59,936 nt of DNA from Candidatus Duodenibacillus intestinavium (GCA_019117135.1 DXAI01000031.1:1-59936), one strand, 5' to 3'; counted from the first letter of the stretch, positions 10,420 through 20,768 are shown. The notes: generated from the sequence alone by a model not told the origin. Made by a program: numbers and translations.

Positions 10420-10707
10420 ATGCGAAGAAAGCCTATTCATCGCGGAGGCATTGTCTCTGCCGGTTACGATCCGGTCACTCGTGCTCTGGACATTGAGTTC
10501 GACACCAAACGCGTTCTGCGCTATGAAAACGTTGGCAATGAAGTCGCCGAGCGCTTTTTGTGTTCTGCCGAACCGCTGAGTTACTACCGCGATGTCATCG
10601 AAGAAGAGTATTCGGCAACCGAACTCTCGTCAAAGGCTCTCGCTGACACTCCCAAGCCCACTAAAAAAGGAATCCCCGACGAGCTCAGAAAACTCTTCGG
10701 GGAATAA
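10420..10707 (+). CDS. KTSC domain protein
   Basis: IVSAGYD...LDIEF...RYENV...YYRDVI pattern; GGAGA RBS before ATG 10420. Confidence 0.75.
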   Translation: MRRKPIHRGGIVSAGYDPVTRALDIEFDTKRVLRYENVGNEVAERFLCSAEPLSYYRDVIEEEYSATELSSKALADTPKPTKKGIPDELRKLFGE

Positions 10708-10740
10708 GCTTTCGACGATTTGCGCTTTCGAGCGCTCTTT

Positions 10741-11241
10741 TCAGTAGGAGCGCTCGCGTGTTTTAGCCGGTGAATCGGACTCCAGCATGCGCTCGACGAT
10801 TTCGTTGGCGCGACGTGCCTTCTCGCGGTTGATCGCTTCTTTCGTTTCAATGTCGCTCTTCTTGGAACGCACGTCCAATCGCTTCATTTCAAGCTCAAGC
10901 TCGCGCTCCTCATCCTGGTACTTTTCCTGCTTCGCTGCCTTGCGTGCCGCTTCTTTTGCCCGGGCGTCGGCGGCAGCCTGAGCACGAGCTCTTTCGCGAG
11001 CCTTTACCTTGGCCTGAGCCGCTTCACGTTCTTCCTTGGCTCGCTTCTCGGCGTCCAGACGCATCTGCGCACGCGCCTTGACATCCTCGTAATTGCGACG
11101 CACAGCTTCAATCTGGGCGTCCACGGGATTGGTCTGATACTGCGCGGCCTGCGCCGGGTAGTCAGGCGGTACTTCTCCGGTCTGAGCCCAGCTAAAGGAA
11201 CAGACGGCTACCAGAGAAGCCGCAAGCAGAATCTTTTTCAT
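10741..11241 (-). CDS. Secreted coiled-coil protein, YfgI/DUF5384-like
   Basis: Signal peptide, A/K/E/R-rich helix, QEKYQDEERELELE segment; directly downstream of a YfgH-like gene. Confidence 0.6.
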   Translation of the reverse strand: MKKILLAASLVAVCSFSWAQTGEVPPDYPAQAAQYQTNPVDAQIEAVRRNYEDVKARAQMRLDAEKRAKEEREAAQAKVKARERARAQAAADARAKEAARKAAKQEKYQDEERELELEMKRLDVRSKKSDIETKEAINREKARRANEIVERMLESDSPAKTRERSY

Positions 11242-11259
11242 TTCATTTACCCCAAAAAA

Positions 11260-11793
11260 TCACTTCGAGGATCCGCAACCGTAGGGATTATTAGGCTGAA
11301 TGCGCGTTTCGTTGGGCGCCGGAGAAACCATGATGGCCGTTCCCGTCTTGTATTCACAAACTCGGCCAACCTGAGCGGAGTTAAAAATCTTGTCATCGTA
11401 GCGGAACGTGATCTGCACCCCTTCAACGAAGTTTTCCGACCGACCGCTAAAACCCTTGCCGGCTACATTGCCAAGCGCTGCACCACCCACGGTACCGGCC
11501 ACCACAGCATCGGGCGAATCGCTCACGACGGCGCCCACCGCAGCACCCGCCAGAGCGCCAAGAATGGTACCCATCGTAGCCGAGTCACTGCGATCGCGAC
11601 GATTATCAACGGTCACCCGCGCAGGCATCACAGCGATGATCTGAACCGTCTTCACTTCCTGAGCCTGATTGACCTGACCGGCCCAATAGACGTCGGAGCG
11701 ATACGCCGTGCCGTCGTTGGCGCAACCCGCAAGCAAAAGAGCGGCGGACAAAGCACCGCATGCTGCAATTTTCTTGTTCATCTTTTTTCTCAT
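11260..11793 (-). CDS. Outer membrane lipoprotein with glycine zipper (YfgH/SlyB-like)
   Basis: Lipobox LLLAGC, glycine zipper, VEGVQITF...SAQVGRVCEY...ETRIQPN tail. Confidence 0.75.
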   Translation of the reverse strand: MRKKMNKKIAACGALSAALLLAGCANDGTAYRSDVYWAGQVNQAQEVKTVQIIAVMPARVTVDNRRDRSDSATMGTILGALAGAAVGAVVSDSPDAVVAGTVGGAALGNVAGKGFSGRSENFVEGVQITFRYDDKIFNSAQVGRVCEYKTGTAIMVSPAPNETRIQPNNPYGCGSSK

Positions 11794-11981
11794 GTTCTCG
11801 TCGCCTCAAAAGTTTGAAGCAACGGTTACCCAGACCTGATTCCTTACTGTGACTTTACCGCGTCCGCATCATTTTGGACAGCGTTTATGCGGCAAGTTGC
11901 TACTGCCCAAATCTGGCCGCTACAACTGCTGACAGTTCTTTGCAAAAAATGTTGCCGCTCAGACACACCTGAGCAACGAAC

Positions 11982-13465
11982 CTATTGGAAAAACACCGAG
12001 GCAAGTCCCAGGAAAATAAGGAACCCGCCCGAGTCCGTCATAAACGTCAGGAGAACGGACCCGCCCATGGCCGGATCTTTGTTGAGGGCTTTTAGCACCA
12101 ACGGAACGGCCAAACCCATGGCGGCGCCCAACACGATGTTAAGAAGCATCGCCAAGGCCATCACGCCGCCGAGCATCATACCCTGCGCGCTGTCGTGGTA
12201 CAGCCCCCAGACGCAAAGTCCCGCGATGACACCCCACACAAGGCCGTTTAACAACGCCACCAACATCTCCTTTTTCAGAAGTCGAGTCGTGTTGGCATCC
12301 GTCACTTGCCCCATAGCCATGGAACGTACCAGGAGCGTCAGCGTCTGATTACCCGAATTGCCGGCCATGCCGGCGACCACCGGCATCAATGCCGCCAGCG
12401 CCACGACCTTGGAAATCGTGCCATCAAAGGCGCTGATGACGCGCGAAGCAAAAAATGCCGTGCATAAATTGACGCCAAGCCACACCCAACGACTCTTAGC
12501 CGAATCCCATACGCTGCCGAAAATATCCTGCTCTTCATCCAGACCGACGGCTGCATAGGCGTCTTCCGCGCTTTCTTCTCGAATCACGTCAACGACTTCA
12601 TTGACCGTCAGGCGACCCACCAAACGTCCGGCCTCATCCACCACGGGCGAACTCACCAAGTCGTAACGCTCAAAGGCCTGTGCCGCGTCGCTCGCATCAT
12701 CCAACGGATTGAGCGTAAGAATATCCGACTGCATCAGAGAGGACACCGAGCGCGAGGGTTCATGCACCAGAATCTGCGCCACCGGCAACGCGCCCAGGAA
12801 TTTTCCCTGGCGATCGACCACAAACAGCTGGTCGGTATGATCGGGCAGCGACTCAAAGCGACGCAAGAACTTCAGGACGATTTCAAGAGAGACGTCCTGA
12901 CGAATCGAAATCATCTCAAAGTCCATGCGCGCACCGACGCTGTCTTCCGGATAGCTCATCGCCGCACGCAACTGCGCGCGTTCTTCATGCGACAAACCTT
13001 CCTGAACCTCGGCCACCACATCTGGCGGCAGGTCGTCAACCAGGTCAGCAATCTCATCCGTATCGAGCCCTTCGACGGCGTCAACGAGTTCTTCGCGATC
13101 CATCGAGTCGATCAGGGTCTCGCGAACGCCTTCGCTCACTTCGACCAGAACGTCACCTTCGTGCTCATGACGCACAAGGTTCCAAACCGCCAGACGCTGT
13201 TCCGGCGGCAAGGCTTCGAGAATGTAGGCGATATCGGCAGTATGCAGGTCGCTCAGAACATCGGTGAGTTCCGTCTCTGCCGTCAGATCCAACGCAGCGG
13301 CATCGGGTTCCCGGGATCGTTGCCCGAGACCTTGCCTCTGTCTTCCTGGTCTTCAAAGATCTGTGAGATGCGCTCAAGTGCGCGATTGGCCACTTCGGGG
13401 TCGCGCGACAGGAGATCGTCGTCTGCTGTCAAGAGCTCTTCTTTTTTGTCGTCGGGCTCTGTCAC
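11982..13465 (-). CDS. mgtE: Magnesium transporter MgtE, N-terminus split by an apparent 1-nt frameshift near 13285-13350
   Basis: Main ORF 11982-13292 has MgtE_N, CBS and TM domains (GNSGNQ, DPA, TD); upstream ORF 13283-13465 has the AGGAG RBS and a GTG start in another frame. Confidence 0.88.
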
Positions 13466-13809
13466 TGCGTTTCTCCTTGTGCGGATACCGCGAAAAGTGG
13501 TTGAAGGGAAATTTCGAAAGGCGTGCCTTTTTGAATCGTTGACCGCAATCGCTTAAACAGTATGGGCGCAACGCCGCCTGCACGGTCAGACAGTCGGCGC
13601 ATCTTGAAAAAAGCTTACGGGCGGCATTGTACGCCGAGATCAGCGTCTGCCGCCGCTACTTCTTCTGAAGTTAGGCAAAAACACAACTCGAAGATGACAA
13701 AGGTTCCTCCTCATCAAGACAGTCGAACTGTATGCCATACAGTTCACTATCTGAAGATACAGTGGCTTATCAAGTCGCAAAACGAATCATCGGTTTCCGC
13801 AACAAAACG

Positions 13810-13840
13810 ACGGCGAGCCTCCGCAAAAGAAACTCGCCGT
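13810..13840 (-). terminator. Probable terminator downstream of aroE
   Basis: ACGGCGAG...CTCGCCGT stem, T-rich tail on the minus strand. Confidence 0.5.
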
Positions 13841-13865
13841 TGAATTTTTCGCCAAATACCGGCAA

Positions 13866-14690
13866 TCAAAGCGCTATGCTGGCATCAAATGCTGCACGCA
13901 ACTTTTCGTAAACCAGCTTGGTGTCCGGCATACGTCCCGTCCAAAGCGCAAAGCTTTCAGCCGCCTGAGCAACCAACATGCCCAAGCCGTCTTCAACGCG
14001 AACAGCCCCGGATTCTTTCGCCAGTTGCATGAAGGGCGTCGGCAGAGCCGCATACGTCAGATCCACCGCAAGCGAGCATTCGGAGAAGACGCAATTGGGA
14101 ACAGCCGGAGCCGCCCCGGAGAACGCGGCACTCGTCGCATTGACGATGATGTCGAATTTCTCGCCGATCAAATCCACGAAACTGCCCGATGCACAGCCAA
14201 GCGCTGCACCGGCGGAATGAGCCTTCTCAGGCGTGCGATTGGCGAGATAGATGCGTGCGCACCCTTCTTCCTGAAGAGCAGCCGCCAATCCGCGTCCGGC
14301 TCCGCCTGCCCCCAAAATGAGCACACGGGCACCGGTAAGCGACGCGCCGCAACGCTGAGACACATCCGTCACAAAGCCTTTGCCGTCGGTGGTATCACCC
14401 AAGACGCGATTCCCGTCGAAAATAAGGGTATTGACAGCCTCGCACTTGCGCGCACGCGGCGTCACTTCGTCGCAATACTGATAGGCATCCATCTTGAAGG
14501 GATGCGTCACGTTGGCACCCTTGGGGTGGTCCTCGCGGCGCAAAACCGCCATGCCTTCGATAAAGCCGCCGGGCTCGAAATCACGAGTCTCGTAGCTCAT
14601 CTCGATGTCAAACTGCGCGGCAAACATCTTGTGGATTTCTGGCGACAGCGAATGCTTAACCGGATGACCGATCACAAAATATTTATCCAT
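13866..14690 (-). CDS. aroE: Shikimate dehydrogenase
   Basis: GHPVKHSLSP, GANVTHPFK, AVNT, GAGGAG, NRT, DGLGMLVAQA. Confidence 0.93.
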   Translation of the reverse strand: MDKYFVIGHPVKHSLSPEIHKMFAAQFDIEMSYETRDFEPGGFIEGMAVLRREDHPKGANVTHPFKMDAYQYCDEVTPRARKCEAVNTLIFDGNRVLGDTTDGKGFVTDVSQRCGASLTGARVLILGAGGAGRGLAAALQEEGCARIYLANRTPEKAHSAGAALGCASGSFVDLIGEKFDIIVNATSAAFSGAAPAVPNCVFSECSLAVDLTYAALPTPFMQLAKESGAVRVEDGLGMLVAQAAESFALWTGRMPDTKLVYEKLRAAFDASIAL

Positions 14691-14752
14691 ACAATCCTCC
14701 CGCAGGTAGCCAATCTCACAGGAACTGCGAATCGCGAGTCCTTTACTTGATT

Positions 14753-16768
14753 TTAAGCGTTTGGCGGCTCGACGCAGGCAGTTTCGGTCGGCTGTCCGGT
14801 TACCGGCTCATTTTGCTCGGCCGTCTTATCGGTCTGTGACTCCTCGGACGTTTGACTTTCATCTTCAAGGCCGTCGCCCTCTTCAAGCGCTTCCTCGTCG
14901 GTTTCGTTCAAGACTGCCAACAGTTTGCCCTCAAAAAGCACGTCGATATAGTCGAATCCAAGAACACCGAGCAACACCTTGCGCCCCCGGTCCAGCTCAG
15001 GCATTCCAGGAATGCGCTGCACCAGCGGCAAACCTTCTACGCGAACCAGGTCGCCCTTGATCACCACGGCTTCGATTTCCTTCAAGCCTTCCTGCTCGAT
15101 CCACTTAAGCGACCAGAATCGTTCCATCTTGCGTTGGAATTCGCTGTAAGCCTCGTAAACCGACTCAAACTGGCTCACGATGGTGTAGAAGTCCGAGTCG
15201 TTACCCATGTAAGCCGGAGCCGTCCCGGCCGCCGCACAAATAATCTGACGCTGATTGACCAAATCCACATAACGGCGAAGCGGTGAAGTAGACCAGGCGT
15301 AGCGCACCACACCCAGGCCGTCATGTGGGCCGGGACTTGTGCTCATGCGCACGCGCCCCATACGCTGACTGCGGTAAATCCCTGCCGTCTTGCATTCCTC
15401 AAGCCACAGTCCCCAGGTACTGTTGGCAAAAATCATCAGTTCGGCCACCATCAAGTCAAGAGGCTCACCGCGCGCACGGCCCTTGCGGATGATGCGCAGG
15501 TTTTCTCCCTCGCCTTCAAGTTCCAGATACCAATCAATGCGTCCGGTCTGTTCGGGGCGTCCGCGGCGCTCTTCTCGCTCGGCCAAACGGGCCTTGGCAA
15601 ACCGCCACAAAAAGCCGATTTCGTGCGCACACAGCACCGTCAGCGTTCCGTTTTCAATCGCCTCGGGCGTGACTTCCTCATGAATCAGGTCGTAGCGCAA
15701 ATTGTGCTTGACGGTGATTTTCTCCACGCGCGTTTCGGTGGATTGCACCGCCATCGTTTCATCGTCAACGGTCACATAGAGCGACACGCAGGGCACGCAC
15801 TTGCCTTCGTCAAGGCTGGTGCGTTCGATCCAGCTTTCCGGAAGCATCGTTGTCTTCATGCCGGGCGCATAGACCGTTGACATGCGGCTGCGGGCCGACT
15901 CGTCGGCAACGCTTCCGCGAGGCATGATCAGTGCGGGCGCTGCGATGTGAATACCGATGCGGCTCCTGCCGCCGTCAAGGTGCGTGACGCTGGCTGCGTC
16001 GTCGATTTCCGTGGTCGACGAATCGTCAACAGAAAACGCCTCGACGGCTGCTTCGGGAAGATCACCGGGTGCCGCGGGCACTTCACTGGCGGCCTGAGTA
16101 AATCCCTTGCCCTTGGGGAAATTCGTGCGATAAAAGCTTTCGACGTGCCAGGTAAAGGCGTCGGGCACGGCGCCGAGCTTCATCATCAATCGCAACGGAC
16201 TCATGCGGACTTCGCTTGCGGCATCGTTGAGAGCCTTCCACTCCGTACTGTTTTTGTCCGGTTTCAGAAGCAGTTCGTAAACACGACCGGCAATATCCTG
16301 CGGCAATTCTCCGGCAACCATCTGCGCAGCCAAGTTTTTACGACGTTCCTCTTCCTGACGCTTGCGTTCGACCGCCTGCAGTGCGCGCTGCAAAATGTCT
16401 TCTGGCGCCTTTTTGTAGTTGCCGCGCCCTTTGCGATAGAAGTAGACAGGATTGGCGTGCAGCGCCATCAGCGCGGCACCCTTTTCCACCGCCGTCACGG
16501 AAGAAAAATATTCAGCGGCTATCGACTCGTAACCGAACTCCTCGTCAGGCGCCACTTCCCACAGGAACATGGGATCGATATCGGTAGAAGCCTCCTGCGC
16601 CTGCGTCAGAAAGGTCGCAGCTGCAGGTGACTCGAACTCGAAAAAGACATGGTTGGCCTTCACTTTGCAGCGACGCCCCGTCGTGAGTTCGACTTGATAA
16701 TTGGTTCCGTCTTTCTTCAGAACCGTTCCGGCCTTAAAGTCTCCGGCCTCTTCAAAAAACAAGTACAT
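14753..16768 (-). CDS. rnb: Ribonuclease II / RNB domain exoribonuclease
   Basis: SVDDSSTTEIDDA catalytic motif, IGIHIA, TSPLRRYVDL; N-terminus typical of betaproteobacteria. Confidence 0.88.
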   Translation of the reverse strand: MYLFFEEAGDFKAGTVLKKDGTNYQVELTTGRRCKVKANHVFFEFESPAAATFLTQAQEASTDIDPMFLWEVAPDEEFGYESIAAEYFSSVTAVEKGAALMALHANPVYFYRKGRGNYKKAPEDILQRALQAVERKRQEEERRKNLAAQMVAGELPQDIAGRVYELLLKPDKNSTEWKALNDAASEVRMSPLRLMMKLGAVPDAFTWHVESFYRTNFPKGKGFTQAASEVPAAPGDLPEAAVEAFSVDDSSTTEIDDAASVTHLDGGRSRIGIHIAAPALIMPRGSVADESARSRMSTVYAPGMKTTMLPESWIERTSLDEGKCVPCVSLYVTVDDETMAVQSTETRVEKITVKHNLRYDLIHEEVTPEAIENGTLTVLCAHEIGFLWRFAKARLAEREERRGRPEQTGRIDWYLELEGEGENLRIIRKGRARGEPLDLMVAELMIFANSTWGLWLEECKTAGIYRSQRMGRVRMSTSPGPHDGLGVVRYAWSTSPLRRYVDLVNQRQIICAAAGTAPAYMGNDSDFYTIVSQFESVYEAYSEFQRKMERFWSLKWIEQEGLKEIEAVVIKGDLVRVEGLPLVQRIPGMPELDRGRKVLLGVLGFDYIDVLFEGKLLAVLNETDEEALEEGDGLEDESQTSEESQTDKTAEQNEPVTGQPTETACVEPPNA

Positions 16769-16800
16769 CGAGTTGGCTTTCTTAAATTCTTCTGTCTGAT

Positions 16801-17388
16801 TCAGAACCGATCGGAGCCGGCAAGCAGGAAGTCGCGCACGGCAGCAGCATATTCCTCAAAACAGGAGATCCGATGGTCACTGCCGTCAATCACAATGCTC
16901 TGCACATCGGAAAAACGCGTGGCGGCGCGTCTCCAGTCGAGCACTTCATCTCCCGTGCAAAGCACCATAAGCACACGAGTCGGATCAGCAAAAGGTGCGG
17001 CATCAAGTGCTCGCAGCTGATCGGCGTAGTCGGGTGTCACTCGCACGATTTTGTCCCCCGTAAACGACTTATATTCGCCGTTGTAGAGCTTGACAATGTC
17101 CCACGGCTCAACCGCCGGATTTAAAAGCGCGGCACGAATTCCGGTACGACCGGCAAGCCAGGCGGCATAAAAGCCACCGAGACTGGCGCCCGCCACAGCC
17201 ACTTCCCCAACGACTGCAGCCTTCTCGTACTCCGAACAGATCAAAGAGGCCGCATCTTCCGGCGACATATTGAGGTCAGGCGCCACAAAGTTTGCGCCCT
17301 TGGCTTCGCACAAGTCGCGCAACACGCAAGCCTTTTTTGAACCGGGCCCCGACAAAAAGCCGTGCAAATACAAAACAGTCTGCGTCAA
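16801..17388 (-). CDS. YqiA/YcfP-family alpha/beta hydrolase (esterase)
   Basis: YLHGFLS, GASLGGFYA, LNPAV, GDEVLD and GSDH catalytic-triad motifs. Confidence 0.85.
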   Translation of the reverse strand: MTQTVLYLHGFLSGPGSKKACVLRDLCEAKGANFVAPDLNMSPEDAASLICSEYEKAAVVGEVAVAGASLGGFYAAWLAGRTGIRAALLNPAVEPWDIVKLYNGEYKSFTGDKIVRVTPDYADQLRALDAAPFADPTRVLMVLCTGDEVLDWRRAATRFSDVQSIVIDGSDHRISCFEEYAAAVRDFLLAGSDRF

Positions 17389-18743
17389 CGGCCTTCTCCG
17401 TTACTCTTCAAATGCTCGAGAATTCGGCCGCAGATGCCGCCGAAGCTACCGTTACTCATGCATAGCACGGTGTCGCCAGGTCTAGCGTCGCTTGCCACCA
17501 ACTGAGCCAGTGCATCAATGTCACCCGAAAAAGTGCTTGCCTTACCCCCCAAAGGAAGCAATGCTCCGGCCGGATCCCAGTTGACACCCCTACCTTTGTA
17601 ACAAAAGACGCGGTCGGCATCCTTAAGACTTGCAGCCAGGCGATCCTTCATGGTGCCCAGTTTCATTGTGTTGCTACGAGGTTCGAAAACGGCCAGAATG
17701 CGAGCACCGCGCCCTACTTTGCCTCGCAAAGCCGCGATCGTCGCTTCAATGGCGCTCGGATGATGTGCAAAGTCATCAATAACCGTCACTCCGTTTTGCA
17801 CACCCTTGACTTCCAGACGTCGAGCGACTCCCTCAAAACTCTTGAGCGCCTCGATGGCCTTTTTCGGTTCAACGCCGACGTCATGCGCTGCGGCAATGGC
17901 TGCCAGCGCATTTTGCGCGTTGTGCATACCCGCGGCAGGCATCTCCGCAAGCGACCCCTGCACAACCGTGCCCAACCTCACCACGCGATCGTCGTCCACG
18001 CTCCAGCCGGCATTAGAGTTGAACTGTTCAACACGGCTCCAGCAGCCCATCGCAAGTACACGATCAAGCGCTTCGCTTTTGGCGTTGACAATCACGAGAC
18101 CGTTGCGAGCAATGGTACGCACCAAATGATGGAACTGCTTTTCAATGGCGGCCAGGTTTTCAAAAATGTCTGCGTGATCGAACTCAAGATTGTTGAGAAT
18201 CGCCGTTGACGGGCGATAGTGCACAAACTTGCTGCGTTTGTCGAAAAAGGCTGTGTCGTATTCGTCAGCTTCGATCACGAAATACTTGCTCTGACCAAAG
18301 CCTGCCGAGGCGTGCGTGCCCAACGGCACTCCGCCGATCAGCCAACCGGGCTCCAAGCCTGCCTTGGACAGAATATGCAGGAGCATTGAACTCGTAGTGG
18401 TCTTTCCATGCGTACCCGCAACAGCCAGCACGTGCCGGCCCCTGAGTACGTTTTCGCTTAACCACTGCGGCCCCGATGTATAAGGTTCACCCCGATCGAG
18501 AATCTCTTCCAAAAGCGGGTTACCGCGTCCGATGGCGTTGCCTATCACCCACAAATCGGGTTTGATGGAGATATCTTCCGCGTTGTAGCCTTGCGTAAGC
18601 TCAATGCCCGCGTCCTTAAGCTGATCGCTCATCGGCGGATAAACGTTAGCGTCGCTGCCCGTTACTTTGTGACCCGCAGCTGCGGCCAGACGCGCTACAC
18701 CGGCCATAAATGTGCCGCAGATACCGAGAATATGAATGTGCAT
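17385..18743 (-). CDS. mpl: Murein peptide ligase Mpl
   Basis: MHIHILGICGTFM, GTHGKTTT, EADEYDTAFFDKRSKF, FEPRSNTMKLG. Confidence 0.96.
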   Translation of the reverse strand: MHIHILGICGTFMAGVARLAAAAGHKVTGSDANVYPPMSDQLKDAGIELTQGYNAEDISIKPDLWVIGNAIGRGNPLLEEILDRGEPYTSGPQWLSENVLRGRHVLAVAGTHGKTTTSSMLLHILSKAGLEPGWLIGGVPLGTHASAGFGQSKYFVIEADEYDTAFFDKRSKFVHYRPSTAILNNLEFDHADIFENLAAIEKQFHHLVRTIARNGLVIVNAKSEALDRVLAMGCWSRVEQFNSNAGWSVDDDRVVRLGTVVQGSLAEMPAAGMHNAQNALAAIAAAHDVGVEPKKAIEALKSFEGVARRLEVKGVQNGVTVIDDFAHHPSAIEATIAALRGKVGRGARILAVFEPRSNTMKLGTMKDRLAASLKDADRVFCYKGRGVNWDPAGALLPLGGKASTFSGDIDALAQLVASDARPGDTVLCMSNGSFGGICGRILEHLKSNGEGR

Positions 18744-18976
18744 AAAGACAAAAGCCTTTTCCTAAAAAAGCACCGCTGACTCAAGGCAACGATGCAACAC
18801 TGCCTCGAATTTTAGCTTTTGCCGCCGCCTTTCTTTGATGAGGTCGAAAGGAAGCATCTCGAACGGTGGCTTCGAGGCTTGGCGATAAGTTTCTGTACAA
18901 TCGTTCGGCTTGACATCGGAGCACTTATACGGCTCTTCATCAACACTCACTTCTATTGTTCATTCGTTTTTTTGAT

Positions 18977-20119
18977 ATGTCCACGGCATTTGTCACTCGT
19001 TGCCCGTATTGCGGCGCCGTCTGGCGTCTTCCCGACCGGGATACTGCAGAGCGCGGCCCGGTGCGCTGTTCAGCCTGCCAGCACAGTTTCGATGCCACCT
19101 GTCACCTGCTTGAAGTCCCGCAGGAACGTTTCCCTGATCTTCCTCCGGCGCCCGTTTTCGCCGTTGAAAGCGAAAAACCTGCGCCGACGCCCGCTCCCGA
19201 ACCGGTTGCAGCCGAAATGAAACCGTCTCCGGCTGTTCAGGAAAAGTCCACCGAACCGGCCCCCGCGGAAATATCCAGCGTCAATCTTGTGAGCGAACAA
19301 TCACAAGAGAAACCTACCGCCACAGTGTTGTCTGATAAGCCCGCGAAGGCACCGGAAGCAACCGCTCTCGCCGCAGCCCCAGCAAGCACACCGGCGACTC
19401 AGATCAAACCGTCGGCAACTGCCGCCGAATCTCAGACGATGGCCGAGCCTCCGAAAAACGAAACGCCGGCCGAAAACGATCAGCTTTTGCGGCTGCACAG
19501 CATGACGCCCGGCGAAGAGCTTCAGGTAAGTAAGCCTAACGCGTCGCTTGCCAGAATCATTCCGGCCAAGACCAAGCCGCAGGCAACTCAGGCCCGCAAA
19601 ATCCGCGTGGCCGAGACGCTCTCGGATCCCGCACCTCGTGCGCGTGCCCGAACTGGCGCTTTTGCCAGCGTCTTTACAGCTGTTTTGCTGCTGATGATTC
19701 TTGCGGCTGCCCTTGCTGTAATCTTCAATCAAAAGATCATCGCCGCTTTTCCGCAAACGACGCCGATCTTTAATAACGTTTGCGGCAAGATTCCCTGCCC
19801 GGGTTTTTACCTTTCGGACATTTCGGCTTTCGTGGTAAGTAAGACCAATCTGCGCGCGCTCGACGAATCGGGCAACTACCAGTTGGAGATCACGCTTATC
19901 AACGGCTCTGACATGCCGCAGGCCATTCCGTCGCTTGACATTGAGCTCGTTGACGACGCCGACACCACACTGATGCACAAGACGCTCACGCCGGCCGAAT
20001 ACCTGAGCAATCCGCCGCCCGCAAGTCTGGCCGCCGACCGCTCGATTACAGTGCGCTTCAGCATGCAGACCAATGTGACGCCGGCTCGCTGCATCGTCAC
20101 TCCCGTCTACGCCAAATAA
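18977..20119 (+). CDS. Zinc-ribbon / DUF3426 membrane protein
   Basis: N-terminal CPYC...VRCSAC ribbon, Pro/Ala-rich linker, single TM, C-terminal domain with CGKIPC. Confidence 0.75.
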   Translation: MSTAFVTRCPYCGAVWRLPDRDTAERGPVRCSACQHSFDATCHLLEVPQERFPDLPPAPVFAVESEKPAPTPAPEPVAAEMKPSPAVQEKSTEPAPAEISSVNLVSEQSQEKPTATVLSDKPAKAPEATALAAAPASTPATQIKPSATAAESQTMAEPPKNETPAENDQLLRLHSMTPGEELQVSKPNASLARIIPAKTKPQATQARKIRVAETLSDPAPRARARTGAFASVFTAVLLLMILAAALAVIFNQKIIAAFPQTTPIFNNVCGKIPCPGFYLSDISAFVVSKTNLRALDESGNYQLEITLINGSDMPQAIPSLDIELVDDADTTLMHKTLTPAEYLSNPPPASLAADRSITVRFSMQTNVTPARCIVTPVYAK

Positions 20120-20120
20120 T

Positions 20121-20768
20121 ATGGCTTTTGATTTTCCCAATGAGCCTTCGCGCACACGCGTTGAACTCGCTCAGCGCATCGCCGCCTACATCGTCGATTC
20201 TGGACTATCGTGGCCGGCTGCCCGCGCTCGAGCCGTTGAAGAATGCGGCGGTCCGCGGTCTCTGCCCGGCAACTCGCTGCCCGCTTCCGACGAAATCGAA
20301 ACAGCCGTGCGTGCGCACTATGCGCTATTTGCTCCAGAGGCTCACGCTCAAACATTGCTTACCAAACGCAAGCTAGCACTGGCCGTTCTTGAGCATCTTC
20401 AGGGTTTTGATGCCTATCTCACCGGAGCCGTCCTAAACGGCGCGGCCACCGAAGACTCTCCGATTTGTCTGGAAGTCTTTACCGACGACGTCAAGTCGCT
20501 TTTAGCCGTTCTGATGGACGAGGGATTTGATCTCGAAGCACTAGATCCGCAGGCAAGCGCTTTTGGTCGCGCCGATGAATCCATAGGTTTCGTGCTGCCG
20601 TGGCAGGGCAATATGGAAGCCGTGCGCATCGACGTACTTGCCCCTCAATTGGCGCGCAGCAATCCGGCGCGCGGCAAAAAGGATGATTATCAAACCGAAT
20701 GGGAAGCCGAAGGCCGCATCAGCTCGGAAAATCTCCGAAAGTTCCTCGAAAATCGTGCAAATTCGTAA
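20121..20768 (+). CDS. Conserved hypothetical protein with a degenerate nucleotidyltransferase-like motif
   Basis: LP..DEIE.AVR.HYALF and LTGAVLNG.A..DS.I.L.VF.DD pattern seen in the family that neighbours mpl/accB in betaproteobacteria. Confidence 0.6.
   Translation: MAFDFPNEPSRTRVELAQRIAAYIVDSGLSWPAARARAVEECGGPRSLPGNSLPASDEIETAVRAHYALFAPEAHAQTLLTKRKLALAVLEHLQGFDAYLTGAVLNGAATEDSPICLEVFTDDVKSLLAVLMDEGFDLEALDPQASAFGRADESIGFVLPWQGNMEAVRIDVLAPQLARSNPARGKKDDYQTEWEAEGRISSENLRKFLENRANS

Noticed and set aside
13725-13763. Possible LexA SOS boxes
   Set aside because: CTGT-N7-ACAG has the wrong spacing (N8 required), the neighbouring CTAT-N8-ACAG breaks the core, and no SOS gene is adjacent.
19140-19480. 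Pro/Ala-rich low-complexity stretch (similar one in accB near 21120-21240)
   Set aside because: Ordinary flexible protein linkers, not DNA repeat elements.
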